IMG/VR virus record: IMGVR_UViG_3300042874_000108 | Span: 1-51,001 of that record | DNA from: a virus | Taxonomy: Duplodnaviria > Caudoviricetes | DNA: 51,001 nucleotides | Reading direction: 5' to 3' (one strand) | Shown here: piece by piece, positions 35,671 through 45,356 of the stretch | Layout of the letters: each line of letters begins with the position of its first letter | Numbering within the stretch: the stretch's first letter is position 1 | Program-made: the position numbers and the translations under genes | Notes under the pieces: model-generated | Databases searched by the model: none | The model's input: the letters and a program-made list of their open reading frames with translations, nothing else | What the model was told of the DNA's origin: nothing

Positions 35671-36542
35671 GGGTTGAGAATCTCCACAATTTCAATGTCG
35701 CTGGTCTCGAACAAGTCCTGCGTGAGCGCAATCTGGTCGATGCGACTGTTGAACCGGCAGGGGATGTCGAACTCACACCCGCCCAACACCGTCTCTCCAG
35801 ATTGCGGCCGGGTGTTGACCGTGCCGCCGCTGGTGTAGGCGCTGAACGCGGTGCTGTTGATGTTGACCGTGATCGTGGTGCCGCCAACGGCGGTGATCGT
35901 GCCGCGCAAGCCGTTGATCTGGGTCATGCCGACCACACCGATGAAATGAACCGACTCGCCGACCAGAAACGTGTGCGCGCCGACCGTCACGACGGCACTG
36001 GCGGCCTGGGTGATGGCGGTCACGGTGCCGGTCTTGTTGGCGTTGAATGTCACGCGCCCGGTCGTCGTGTCCACCGCCCACATCGTCGTGATGGCTTGTT
36101 CAAGTGCGCCGATGGCGACTTTGACCGTGCCCGCCACCGGTTTGAAAATCGTGCGCACTGGTCGCCCGATGCCGAGCGGCGTACCGCCCGCGCCGTAGGC
36201 GACCTGCAACTGGTACAGGCTGCCCGCAGTGACAATAGCAAGCGTCTGGTCGATGGCTGTCGGCGTGCCGGTGCGCGCATTGGTGCTGAAGTCGTCCAGG
36301 GCCTTGACCCGAAACCCGGCAAACATCCCGTAGGCGCGGTGATATAGCGCCAGCAGACTTGTCCACAAGTCAGCGGTCAGCTTCATGTACGACACGTTGA
36401 ACACGCGCTTCGGGTACTGATGCACCAGCCGCCGGTACTCGCTGCCACTGGCCGTCTGCGTGATTTCCACGTTGTACTCGTCAGCGTAGGTCGCCCCGAT
36501 GCGGGCGTCAATCGGCAACCGCTCCTCAAGAAACTCAGGCAT
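35667..36542 (-). CDS. Distal tail protein (DUF2460-like) with inserted beta domain
   Basis: FLEERLP...SGSEYR...GFRVK...EFDIPCRF. Confidence 0.85.
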   Translation of the reverse strand: MPEFLEERLPIDARIGATYADEYNVEITQTASGSEYRRLVHQYPKRVFNVSYMKLTADLWTSLLALYHRAYGMFAGFRVKALDDFSTNARTGTPTAIDQTLAIVTAGSLYQLQVAYGAGGTPLGIGRPVRTIFKPVAGTVKVAIGALEQAITTMWAVDTTTGRVTFNANKTGTVTAITQAASAVVTVGAHTFLVGESVHFIGVVGMTQINGLRGTITAVGGTTITVNINSTAFSAYTSGGTVNTRPQSGETVLGGCEFDIPCRFNSRIDQIALTQDLFETSDIEIVEILNP

Positions 36543-39500
36543 ATCGTTGCGCCCCCCGCATTAATCCCAGCGCCTCGCGCGCCCCCTGCCCGGCAGCGCG
36601 TCTTACGTCTGGCGCCGACTGGCCCCCCTGCACAATCACAGTGATGTTGCTGCTCTGGCCCCCGCCGCCCGACGCCACCCCCAGCTTGCCGTCGCGTCCG
36701 CGCTTCAGCGGCATTACCGCCTCGACGCCCGCCTCCCCTCCCAACCCGAGGCCGCCGTTCGCCATCGGGAACAGTGTCGGGCGCGTCAGCATCCCGCCGC
36801 TGGCTCCGAGAATGCCCCCGCTGGCAAAGGCTTGCGGTTGGCCGCCAGAGAATGCGTTACCGTTGGCACTTGTGAACAGGCTTCCGAAGAAGCTCAGGGC
36901 TTCTCCCGCAAACCCCGTCCCCTCACCGCCTGCCGCCTTGCCGAACAGGGCCTGTGTCACCTGCGCAGCGGCGGCTTCCGCCACCATCTTCTGAATCAGC
37001 GTGCCGAACCCCCGGAGCATCCCGTCGAGGCCGTCCTTGAACGGGTCGAAGAAAAACTCTGCGAGGCTGTTCTGCATGTTCTCTGCGAGGGTCTTGGTGA
37101 ACTGGTCGAGTTCGTTCAGTTTGTCTTTGGCGTCTTTGGTGCCGTCGGTCACGCTCTTGATGATCTCCTCGTGCTGGCCGGGCCCGATGTCCCCCGAGAA
37201 GAACGCCGCATCCGCCGCCGCAATGTCGTCCTGGAAGTCTTGAGTCTTGGCCCCCTGCGTGTTGGCCAGCAGGGAGTTGATACGTGACTGCTGCTCCTGC
37301 TTCTTCTTGAGCAAAGCCACGTTCTCGATCAGGGCGGCGTTCTCCTTTGTGTGCGCGTTGGCGCTCAACTCCTGAGCCGCGAGGGCCTTGTACCGCTCCT
37401 CGGTGTTCAAGGACAACAGGCTGGTCTCGAACTCGATTTGCTCAAGCCCTTTGCGTGTCTCCGCCGTCAAGTCCTCCGCCGCCTTGATCTGCTCCTCCTC
37501 CGCGTCGAGCCTCTTCTGGACTTCCTCGTTGGCCACCTTGGCCGCTTCCTGCTCCGCCTTGAACCCGAAGATCGTGTTGAGCTGCTGCTCCGCGAGGCGG
37601 CGGTTGGTAGCCGACAACTTCATCTTCGATAGCTCGTAGCGCCTGATGGCCTCTTCGCTTAGCCCGAGGGTGTCAACTTCCTTGCGCAGCCCGGCGAGGA
37701 AGGCAACCGAAGGGTCTACGCCGCCGCCACCGCCTGAGCGGGCACGCGCCGGCTTGCCCGGGTCGGTTGTCCCTCGCTTGCCGGTCACGATGTCTTCTCC
37801 AAGGAGCGCCTTCTCCTCGGCAAGCAGCCTGTCGCCGCCGCCGTTGATCTTGCCTGTTGACCGGAGGCCACCTTCGCTTTGTACGGAGTCATACTGCGCC
37901 GAGATACGGGCGATGCGTCCGGCCTGAGCGGCTGCTGCCTCCGTCGCTTTACCCGAGCCCCTACGAATCTCGTCGGCCATATTCGAGAAGAACTCGGGGA
38001 TGCCGAGAAGGCGGCTAATCGGCCCCCACTGAAACACGGCGGCCAGTGCGTCAGCCAACGTGGCCTTGAGGTTGTCCCCGAAGTTGTAAATCAACTTGTT
38101 GATCTTCTCCAACTCCTTGGCGAAGAAGTCCCCGAAGAACTCGTTTAGCTTGCCGCCAACAAACTGTCCAAAGTTAAACGCAAGCTCAACGCCGATCACC
38201 TGAACGATGGGGTTATTGCCGATCTTGTTGAAAGCCCCGGTCAACTCGTCCACTTTGTTCTTCGCCCCGCCTGCCCCAGTAATAATCGCTTTGGTTGCGG
38301 AGGTTGCCGCCACGCCAACCTCCAGCAACCCCTTCGCCAACGTCCCAGACAGATTGATCGCCTTCAGCAGCAAAAAGGCTTTTCCGAGTTCAATCACCAA
38401 GGGGATTAGTTGAACGATCAGCCGCCCGGCGTCAGCCAGCACCTCTACCACCGTCTTGAACGCGGCGTAGTACTCCTCAACCGTCTTCACCAGCTCCGGG
38501 TTGAACTCGAACTGCCCCGTGTCTGCGTTGAAGCCCCCGACCGCGTTGGAAATGTCGGTAAGCTTTTGCTTGATGAGGTCGAACGCGGGGCCGTTGGCGA
38601 GCAACAGTTGAATCTTCTGTACGAAGATCGTCCAAGCGCCGTTCAACGTGTCTTGCTTGAGGATCGCGGTGTCCTGAAAGCCTTTCAGCTTCACCTTCAG
38701 GTTATCAAACAGCGTTCCCGTTTCCCGCCACCGCTTCACGTCCTCGTTGGTAACGCCAAGCGCAACCGCCAGAGTAGACGACCCCGCCTGAATGCCGCCA
38801 GCCACCAAGTCCCGGATTTCCTGCACGCTCTGGCGAGCGTCAAGGCCGATGGTCTTCACGGCGATGGAGCCAAGCAAGGCGAGCTCCTCGACCTCCCTCA
38901 GCGCCAGCCCGCCACCGAGACCGGAAGCCAGCACCGCCTTGGTCGTGTCGGCCAGGGCGATCAGGTCAACACCAAACTTCAGGGCGTTCTCCTGGAGCCG
39001 CTTGGTGATGCCGTCGGCAAGCTCCAGCGCCTTGGGCAGCTTGATGGCCTCGCCGTTGATCTCGCCCATCGAGATGAGGATGCCGGACAAGCCCAGCCTG
39101 GTGTCTTCCAGCGTGCTCAGCAACTTGAACCCGAAGGCCCCCGGTGCGGCTAGCGCCCCGAATGCCGCGGTCAGACCGAAGACCGCCCCCGTGATCTCGA
39201 ACGTGGCCGAGGCGATGGCTGATGCCGTCTGGCGAAACACGCCGCGCGCACGGGAGTTGCCCGCCACCGCAAGGTTCGTCTCGCGGGTAATCTCGCGCAT
39301 CCGTTGGGCGTACTCCCTGCGCGTTACGTCGCCGGCCTTCATCTGTTGGTGTAGCGCGGCTTCCTCGATACGCAGCCGCGCCAGCGCCTCGCGGGTTGCG
39401 TCGATGCGAACGTTGCCGCTGGCGGGGGTGAGGCGGGCGTCGCTGGCTGCTTTGGCGCGGGCAGCGCTGATTTTAGCCAACTCCGCCGCCCGCGTCTTTT

Positions 39501-39855
39501 CTTCGGCAAGGATTAACTTCCCTGTCAAGATGGCCGAGTTCAGGCGGATTTTGTCGTTGGCTACGGCTTCCGCCGTGGCCTGGCGCACGCGGTCGGAGAT
39601 GATGCTGCGAATCTGTGAGTTTGCGACCTGGAAGCCGCCTACCATCTTAGCGTGCTGCTGTTGCAACTGCCCAGCGAGACCGCCAGCGCCCACGCTCTTG
39701 AACGCGGCCGCCATCTGTCCGGTGGCAGTCTTGATCTTACCGACGAGGTCGCCTGCTGCGGCTGCGGTCTTGGCAAGCGCCTGGTCTACCGCCTCCAGCC
39801 CGGTCAGCAGGGGCTTGGCGTCGAGGGAAAGCCCTAGTTGGGCGAGATCAGCCAT
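36535..39855 (-). CDS. Tape measure protein
   Basis: 1106 aa, Ala-rich helical; C-terminal FASGG...GEAGVEAVMPLKRG.DGKLGV. Confidence 0.92.
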   Translation of the reverse strand: MADLAQLGLSLDAKPLLTGLEAVDQALAKTAAAAGDLVGKIKTATGQMAAAFKSVGAGGLAGQLQQQHAKMVGGFQVANSQIRSIISDRVRQATAEAVANDKIRLNSAILTGKLILAEEKTRAAELAKISAARAKAASDARLTPASGNVRIDATREALARLRIEEAALHQQMKAGDVTRREYAQRMREITRETNLAVAGNSRARGVFRQTASAIASATFEITGAVFGLTAAFGALAAPGAFGFKLLSTLEDTRLGLSGILISMGEINGEAIKLPKALELADGITKRLQENALKFGVDLIALADTTKAVLASGLGGGLALREVEELALLGSIAVKTIGLDARQSVQEIRDLVAGGIQAGSSTLAVALGVTNEDVKRWRETGTLFDNLKVKLKGFQDTAILKQDTLNGAWTIFVQKIQLLLANGPAFDLIKQKLTDISNAVGGFNADTGQFEFNPELVKTVEEYYAAFKTVVEVLADAGRLIVQLIPLVIELGKAFLLLKAINLSGTLAKGLLEVGVAATSATKAIITGAGGAKNKVDELTGAFNKIGNNPIVQVIGVELAFNFGQFVGGKLNEFFGDFFAKELEKINKLIYNFGDNLKATLADALAAVFQWGPISRLLGIPEFFSNMADEIRRGSGKATEAAAAQAGRIARISAQYDSVQSEGGLRSTGKINGGGDRLLAEEKALLGEDIVTGKRGTTDPGKPARARSGGGGGVDPSVAFLAGLRKEVDTLGLSEEAIRRYELSKMKLSATNRRLAEQQLNTIFGFKAEQEAAKVANEEVQKRLDAEEEQIKAAEDLTAETRKGLEQIEFETSLLSLNTEERYKALAAQELSANAHTKENAALIENVALLKKKQEQQSRINSLLANTQGAKTQDFQDDIAAADAAFFSGDIGPGQHEEIIKSVTDGTKDAKDKLNELDQFTKTLAENMQNSLAEFFFDPFKDGLDGMLRGFGTLIQKMVAEAAAAQVTQALFGKAAGGEGTGFAGEALSFFGSLFTSANGNAFSGGQPQAFASGGILGASGGMLTRPTLFPMANGGLGLGGEAGVEAVMPLKRGRDGKLGVASGGGGQSSNITVIVQGGQSAPDVRRAAGQGAREALGLMRGAQRYA

Positions 39856-40191
39856 CTTCTTTGCGTAAGTACGCCTCGTCTAATAGTGCAATGGCTCGAA
39901 TTTCCCACGGGTCGAGTTTCGTTACCGCCAGCCAGCACCAGTGCTTGATGCCCGTCGGCGTGATTGGGTTCGGCCCAAACCCGTTGCTGCCACGGAACCG
40001 CGATAGTTCCGCAAAGTACCCCCACACATGCGCCGCCAGATCAGGCAACGGGGGGACTTCCGCCAGTTGCCTCGGCATCACGCCGGTCATCTTCCACGCC
40101 GTCTGCAAGTGCTCGCGCAGTGTGCAGCCGTCGCCTTGCCTTTGGTTGAGATTGAACTGCGCTTCGGCAAAAAGCAGCAGTTCGTCTGTCA
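39848..40191 (-). CDS. Tail assembly chaperone, -1 frameshift extension (gpT-like)
   Basis: Open -1 frame LTDELLLFAE... runs from the slippery site to 39848. Confidence 0.7.
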
Positions 40192-40605
40192 GTTTTTTAG
40201 GAAGTTCTCAAGTGTGCCGATCGCCTCGTTCACCTGGTCGTAAATCCACGGGTATTCCTTGTAGACCCGGCGCACGTTGGCTTCCTCGAACGGCAGTTCC
40301 TTGCCGTCGATTGCCACGTTCGACCAGCCAACCGTGCAGGCCACCAGCAAGTCCATGTTCTCTTGCTCGATGATCTCCACGGTGCGCAAGTCGGCGTCCT
40401 TGCCGCGCTTGGCCGCCATCGCCTCGCGCCGCAACCGGGCGTTCAGCGTGTCGCGGGTGTGCTCCTTGAACGTATCCGAGTCACGCCCTAGCACACGAAC
40501 CGTCATCCCGAGGGGGACGTTCGTGACCGGGTGGCGGATTTCCACCTCAGCGCCCGCGTTGCAGGCTTTGGTGGTGTTCAGAGAGGCGAGGTCAAAGGGG
40601 GTCAT
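40189..40605 (-). CDS. Tail assembly chaperone (gpG-like)
   Basis: Between tail tube and tape measure genes; ends CTA AAA AAC TGA. Confidence 0.8.
   Translation of the reverse strand: MTPFDLASLNTTKACNAGAEVEIRHPVTNVPLGMTVRVLGRDSDTFKEHTRDTLNARLRREAMAAKRGKDADLRTVEIIEQENMDLLVACTVGWSNVAIDGKELPFEEANVRRVYKEYPWIYDQVNEAIGTLENFLKN
40192..40198 (-). other. Programmed -1 ribosomal frameshift site A AAA AAC
   Basis: X XXY YYZ heptamer immediately before the chaperone stop codon. Confidence 0.75.
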
Positions 40606-41825
40606 AGCGTGGAGTCCTGGAAGCTGATGGTGGTTGCGAGGTTCGCCACTGCCGCGCCGCCTGCCGAGTTCAGCAGAGCGGTGTAGGGCATGGTGAGGGT
40701 CAAGCCTTTCTCGCCGTCATCCTTGCTCGCGCCACCAAACTTGAGGCGCGTCATGGTCACGGCGAAGAAATCGGCATTGGGGGTATTGGCCGTTGTGAAG
40801 ACCGCGATCAGGCTCACTTCCGTTTCGTTCAGGAAGTAGTCGCGGAACACGCCGTCCTGGAACAGCACGGTGGCGTTGCCGGTGACATCAATAGAGCCTT
40901 GGAAAATGTCGGGTTCCACGTTGGAGCCGACCACGCCGCCCGGCGTCGAGTAGTTGCCGTTAAGCGTGATGTCCAGGCTGGTCACAAGGCCAACCGCCAG
41001 GCCGCCGATATACAGCGCGCCGTTGGCCGCAGCCGTGACGCCCGTGCCGACCGCTGCCGTGGGCGTGGTGAAGTATGCGGTCGTGCCGGTCTGCATGTTC
41101 AGACCGAGGATCGGGAACTCGCAGGTGTTCATGCCGGAGGCAGGCATCTTGAGCATCGCCTGTCCGATCACGCAGTCAGTGAAGACCTCAGACTGCACGA
41201 TGTCCGTGTAAGCGTGTTCGATGGTGTAGTACTCGCGCAGATGGTTGGACAGAGGAATCCAGTTCTTCTTGCCGACCACTGCGCCGGTCACGGAGTCTCC
41301 CGCGGCCTTCGCGCCAATCGCCACGCCGTCCAGCATCGTGCCGGTCATTACGGTCGCGGTCAGTGAGGTGATGAGGAAGTTGTGAGTGTTGTTGGGGACG
41401 CCGGTGGTTGCCCAACCCGTCCAGCGCACCACGTCGCCAATCTTGAAGCCGTCGGTGAGGTAGCTGCCGGCCGAGCGGGTGAACGTCCCCGACGCGCCGG
41501 TAGTGACGGCAGCGGTCACAGTGGTGATTGCGCCTGTGGTCGCGGGGGTTTGCCACGCCTGGCGTACCGAGGAACCGATGAAGTCGGCGTAGCTGCCGGG
41601 AGACAGTTCGCCGGTAATCGTGCCGTCAACCGTGCGGATGCCGTGGCGGAAGTCAGCGCGTTGGTAGTCAGAGCGGATTTCACCGGATTGGTAGGTGGCT
41701 TTTTTCAGATCGACCGTACTGGTGACGCGGCGGAGGTATTGGGCGCCCGACGCGGCAGCGATGGTGCCGAGGGCGGATTGCTTCTTGTAGACCAGCTTCT
41801 TTGCTACACCGGTTGCGATAGTCAT
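40602..41825 (-). CDS. Major tail tube protein
   Basis: 407 aa, AAGGAG RBS; SGEIRSDYQ..D.RHG...G.I.GELS pattern. Confidence 0.85.
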   Translation of the reverse strand: MTIATGVAKKLVYKKQSALGTIAAASGAQYLRRVTSTVDLKKATYQSGEIRSDYQRADFRHGIRTVDGTITGELSPGSYADFIGSSVRQAWQTPATTGAITTVTAAVTTGASGTFTRSAGSYLTDGFKIGDVVRWTGWATTGVPNNTHNFLITSLTATVMTGTMLDGVAIGAKAAGDSVTGAVVGKKNWIPLSNHLREYYTIEHAYTDIVQSEVFTDCVIGQAMLKMPASGMNTCEFPILGLNMQTGTTAYFTTPTAAVGTGVTAAANGALYIGGLAVGLVTSLDITLNGNYSTPGGVVGSNVEPDIFQGSIDVTGNATVLFQDGVFRDYFLNETEVSLIAVFTTANTPNADFFAVTMTRLKFGGASKDDGEKGLTLTMPYTALLNSAGGAAVANLATTISFQDSTL

Positions 41826-41938
41826 GTCATGCTCCTTTGGATGGAATAATCCCGAGGAGGCATGTTGACTTGCGGGGCGCTGGTATTACTGGTCAGTCGC
41901 GTGACACGTCGCGTGCTCGGTGTTGCAGGGTGCTCGTC

Positions 41939-42034
41939 TTACCTTTGCGCTTTCAGCCAGTCTTCCCAAGCTGCCAACGCTGTTTTCAATGCCCGGATGA
42001 GGGTTTCGTGTAACTTGACCGTGGCCGGGCTCAT
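41939..42034 (-). CDS. 31-aa peptide (MSPATVKLHETLIRALKTALAAWEDWLKAQR)
   Basis: ATGA overlap with tail terminator stop; amphipathic helix. Confidence 0.45.
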   Translation of the reverse strand: MSPATVKLHETLIRALKTALAAWEDWLKAQR

Positions 42035-42438
42035 GCAAACACATCCGCAAAGTACCGGATGCTTACCGGCAGAACCCAACGATCTTTTACCACCACGCCC
42101 CGCCCGATTTCTGGCGTTGCGCCAATCCTAGAGGTGACGCCGCTGTTTGTAAAGGACGCGCCACGAAAAAAAGTTGCTCTGACCAATTCGGCGCGCGCCA
42201 TCGCGGCTGCCGCGCCCCCGTTTACCGGGTAATGTAGCGAAACCTGAAGAATCCCGCGTTCCCGGTAATGCTCGTCGCCCATCGTGGCGTTGTCGGGCAT
42301 AGCCGGGAGTAAATGCGCGGTTTGGTAGGGCGTTCCCGCCGTCGGCTGAAAGTCCTGGTTCTCCCACGCGGTCGCCAGCGCCGGGGTCATCGTGTGCAGG
42401 CCGATCTCAAGCGCGGCGCGGACTTTGGCTACACTCAC
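42031..42438 (-). CDS. Tail terminator (DUF4128-like)
   Basis: AWENQDF.P..GTPY...GILQVSLHYP...G; synteny. Confidence 0.8.
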   Translation of the reverse strand: MSVAKVRAALEIGLHTMTPALATAWENQDFQPTAGTPYQTAHLLPAMPDNATMGDEHYRERGILQVSLHYPVNGGAAAAMARAELVRATFFRGASFTNSGVTSRIGATPEIGRGVVVKDRWVLPVSIRYFADVFA

Positions 42439-42896
42439 TTCATCACCCGCGCCACAATCGAGTGGAACTCAAGTGCCGTGGTGCGCACCATGCCGCCCGG
42501 CGGCGTCGGGTCGGGCATATTGTGGAAGGCGTAGCCGTATTCGAGCGCCTGGGCGTACTCGGTGTTGTTCACAATGAAGTGGGTAACGAAGGCCGGCATC
42601 GTCTTGGCGGCGTTGATGCGGACGAACGAGGTTCCGCCGGTCACGTCAACCGTGTCCAGCCGCGTGCGGGGCGCGGAGTCGAAGTCGTAATCCCACGACC
42701 CTTTGAAAAGCCCCGGCACATACGGCGGGCGCGGATTCGCGGCTTGCGAGTCGGGCGACCACTTCTCCCAGCGCCCCCACGGGGACTTGCCGATCAACGT
42801 AAACCCCAGTTCCAGCACCGTCCCGCGCACCACGTCCTCCGCCCGCTTCGTGAGTTTGGCGTGGAAGGCTTCGAGTTGTTTGCGGAAGTCGGTCAT
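42435..42896 (-). CDS. HK97 gp10-like neck/tail completion protein
   Basis: NNTEYAQALEYG...PGGMVR. Confidence 0.75.
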   Translation of the reverse strand: MTDFRKQLEAFHAKLTKRAEDVVRGTVLELGFTLIGKSPWGRWEKWSPDSQAANPRPPYVPGLFKGSWDYDFDSAPRTRLDTVDVTGGTSFVRINAAKTMPAFVTHFIVNNTEYAQALEYGYAFHNMPDPTPPGGMVRTTALEFHSIVARVMK

Positions 42897-43267
42897 TTAC
42901 GGATCAGCATATCGTACAGCACCGGAACGCCTGCCGGGGCCAACGTCTTGACGACCTTGACCGGGTACTTGACGCCGCCCACGGTGATGAAGTCGAAGGT
43001 GGTGGGCACGGAGCCGTCGTTGCCCATGAGGCAGCGGCGATCTCCGACCTGGATGCGCGATCCGTCTTCGAGAGTTTGCCCGAAGTTGATGCGGTCATAG
43101 TCGAACAGTGCGGCCTTGCGCGTTTCGGTCGCCTCAGTAACGGGCGCGGTGCCGAGCGCCGGGTCGTAGGCGCCAGTCGTGGGGCGCGTCAATGTCACAT
43201 TCTGGCCGAACTTGGTCAGCAGCCGAAGGGCGGTTGCGGCAGAATTGGCGTAGTCGAAGGTGCTCAC
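42893..43267 (-). CDS. Head closure/head-tail joining protein
   Basis: LLTKFGQNVTL...YDP...IQVGDRR; synteny. Confidence 0.75.
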   Translation of the reverse strand: MSTFDYANSAATALRLLTKFGQNVTLTRPTTGAYDPALGTAPVTEATETRKAALFDYDRINFGQTLEDGSRIQVGDRRCLMGNDGSVPTTFDFITVGGVKYPVKVVKTLAPAGVPVLYDMLIRK

Positions 43268-43283
43268 TGGGGGGCTTTCGGAG

Positions 43284-43802
43284 TCATGTGCGCACCCGCG
43301 GGATGTTGATGCCCGGCTGCGCGCCCATCTTCAGGAGCGGGGCGAGCAAGGCGTCAATCGAGTTGAACACCGGCGTCGAGGGGCTGTACTGGTCATACTC
43401 AACTTCCAGAGGGCCGATCTTCTCCCGCTTCACGCCCTGGGTCGAGTCGGGCCACAGTTCGCCGCTGAACGCCTTGAGCGCCAACTCGGCGCAGGCGTTC
43501 TTGACCTCGGGCGGGACGGCGTTGCTGGGGATTGCGCCGTAGCCGTCGCGGGTTGGCACGCTCGAACGCGGCCAGTCGAGGCGCTGGGTCGAGCCGAGCG
43601 CGTCACCTTCCCACATCTCATAGTACCGCGACTGCATGTAGCTGGTCGCCCGGCGCAGCATGGCCTCCTGCGTGGCCTCCGCGCCTACCGCCGCCCACGC
43701 GACCGCGTTGCCGAAATTGGCATGGTACGTGGTCGCGTCCGCCGCACTGGTGTAGCTCTCCGCGTTGGCCAGCCCGCTGCCGTCTTCGACGATCAACGCC
43801 AC
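43284..43802 (-). CDS. Head-tail adaptor (DnaT-like family)
   Basis: LIVEDGSGLANAESY...QRLDWPR...VPPEVKNACAELAL...KIGPLEVEY. Confidence 0.8.
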   Translation of the reverse strand: MALIVEDGSGLANAESYTSAADATTYHANFGNAVAWAAVGAEATQEAMLRRATSYMQSRYYEMWEGDALGSTQRLDWPRSSVPTRDGYGAIPSNAVPPEVKNACAELALKAFSGELWPDSTQGVKREKIGPLEVEYDQYSPSTPVFNSIDALLAPLLKMGAQPGINIPRVRT

Positions 43803-43805
43803 GGG

Positions 43806-44036
43806 TTATTCCCCGAGTGACGCCAGAAGCGCCGCCAGATCAGCCTTCTTGGCATTGTCGGGGAACTCGACGCCAGCGGCGGTCAACGCCTCGCGTAACT
43901 CCGCCACGGTCATGTCGTCCGGGGCTTTCTCCTTGAACTCGACCATGCCTTCAGCCTTGTCCTCGGCGTTGATGACGTAAAAGCCGGCCGGGTTGTCTTC
44001 TGTCGCGGGGCATTCAATCTTGAGGGTTTCGATCAT
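43806..44036 (-). CDS. Small HeH/LEM-like domain protein
   Basis: MTVAELREAL...GVEFP.NAKKADL; GGAG RBS. Confidence 0.7.
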   Translation of the reverse strand: MIETLKIECPATEDNPAGFYVINAEDKAEGMVEFKEKAPDDMTVAELREALTAAGVEFPDNAKKADLAALLASLGE

Positions 44037-44053
44037 TCGTCTCTCCGGTAGGG

Positions 44054-44097
44054 CAACGCACTAAGGGAGGCGCTGGGGCGCCTCCGATGCTGCGTTG
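44054..44097 (-). terminator. Stem-loop downstream of the capsid gene (terminator or mRNA stabiliser)
   Basis: CAACGCA..GGAGGCGC-TGGG-GCGCCTCC..TGCGTTG; no clear U-tract. Confidence 0.4.
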
Positions 44098-44102
44098 TTA
44101 CA

Positions 44103-45242
44103 TTATCCCAGCAGGACTGCGGCGTGCGCGCGTTTGATGCACTTGGCACCCCACGCTGCGCTCACCTCGTACTGCATCTGGCGGTACTGAGGGTACATCG
44201 CAACTTCGAAGCTGATGCCCGAACGCGGGTCGGTCACGGTCATGCGATCAACCGCCGAGTCGCCGTTGGCGGGCAGCGCCGGTGCGCGGGTAGCCAGCAC
44301 GACGGCGGATTGCGCGAAGGCGATGTTGCGCACGCTGGTCGCCACGAGGGTCATCGCGGTTGCGGCAGCCGGGATGGCTTGGCGCAGGCCGGGTTCTGCA
44401 AGGACGATCGTGCCGGGTGCGGCAACGCCCGTCTTCACGATGTACTTGTTGGTGTCGCCCGCGAACGTCACGATGTCGCCCTCCAGCACAGTGCCGGTGC
44501 CGGTGATGATGGCGATGCTCGTCGCGCCGACCGCGAAGCCCGCCGTGCTGGTGGTGTACGAAGCGCCGGTGCCCTTGGTGACGGAGGCCACGCCTGCCGA
44601 CTCCTTCAGCGACATGCCGAAGATGTCCAGCAGCTCGCCGTCGCGCAGGGTCATCGTCGAGCCGGCCTCATTGGCTCTGGTCAGTTGAGTCAAGGTACGC
44701 AGCTTCACGCCGGCCGAGGTGTCGATGATCATCGAGCGCGCACCGGCAGCGCCGTTGTCGTCGAGGATTTTCTTGACCTCAGCAGCTTCCACCAGGCTGG
44801 AGGCAAACGGGGTGGTCGTCGCGGTGCCGAAAGCGCGCGAGCCCATGCGGGCGGCGTTCACCACGTCGATCTCCATTTCGTTGACCAGCGTGCGAATTGC
44901 TTCCTGCAACTGGTTGCCCTGAATAGCCGAAGCGCCAGCGCCATTGTTGTTCAGGCCGAGTTCTTCCTCGCCACTCCAGCGGAACGGCACGCGGCGGGAC
45001 TTGGTGATGGTAATCACTTCGTTGCCGATGGTCTGGTCGCCGTCATTGGGCGGGGTAACTCCGGGGGTGATGTCGGTCGCGGCGGAAGCGGGAGCGATCG
45101 GCACAGTGACGGCCTGGCCAACGGCAGCGCGGTTGGCGCTGGGGTCGCGGGTCACGGAAGGGATTGCGCCGGTCAGCTCGCGCGACACGACGTTGAGGGC
45201 CGCGTAAAGCGACGGGATGAGACTGGTCAGGGTGTTCGCCAT
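44103..45242 (-). CDS. Major capsid protein (P22 gp5-like)
   Basis: MANTLTSLIP.LY.AL.VVSREL.G.IP; follows scaffold gene. Confidence 0.88.
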   Translation of the reverse strand: MANTLTSLIPSLYAALNVVSRELTGAIPSVTRDPSANRAAVGQAVTVPIAPASAATDITPGVTPPNDGDQTIGNEVITITKSRRVPFRWSGEEELGLNNNGAGASAIQGNQLQEAIRTLVNEMEIDVVNAARMGSRAFGTATTTPFASSLVEAAEVKKILDDNGAAGARSMIIDTSAGVKLRTLTQLTRANEAGSTMTLRDGELLDIFGMSLKESAGVASVTKGTGASYTTSTAGFAVGATSIAIITGTGTVLEGDIVTFAGDTNKYIVKTGVAAPGTIVLAEPGLRQAIPAAATAMTLVATSVRNIAFAQSAVVLATRAPALPANGDSAVDRMTVTDPRSGISFEVAMYPQYRQMQYEVSAAWGAKCIKRAHAAVLLG

Positions 45243-45356
45243 TTTGATTCTCCAAGTGAGGGATAGGTACTTTCAACTCCGCCTATCCCTCCTGGGATCA
45301 TGCGACGGTGCGCCTCCTGGAACACCTTTGGTTGCTATTTAACGCATAGCGGACGT

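Noticed and set aside
34808-35880. Diversity-generating retroelement TR/VR pair
   Set aside because: No reverse transcriptase gene is present, and both copies are coding with differences not confined to adenines
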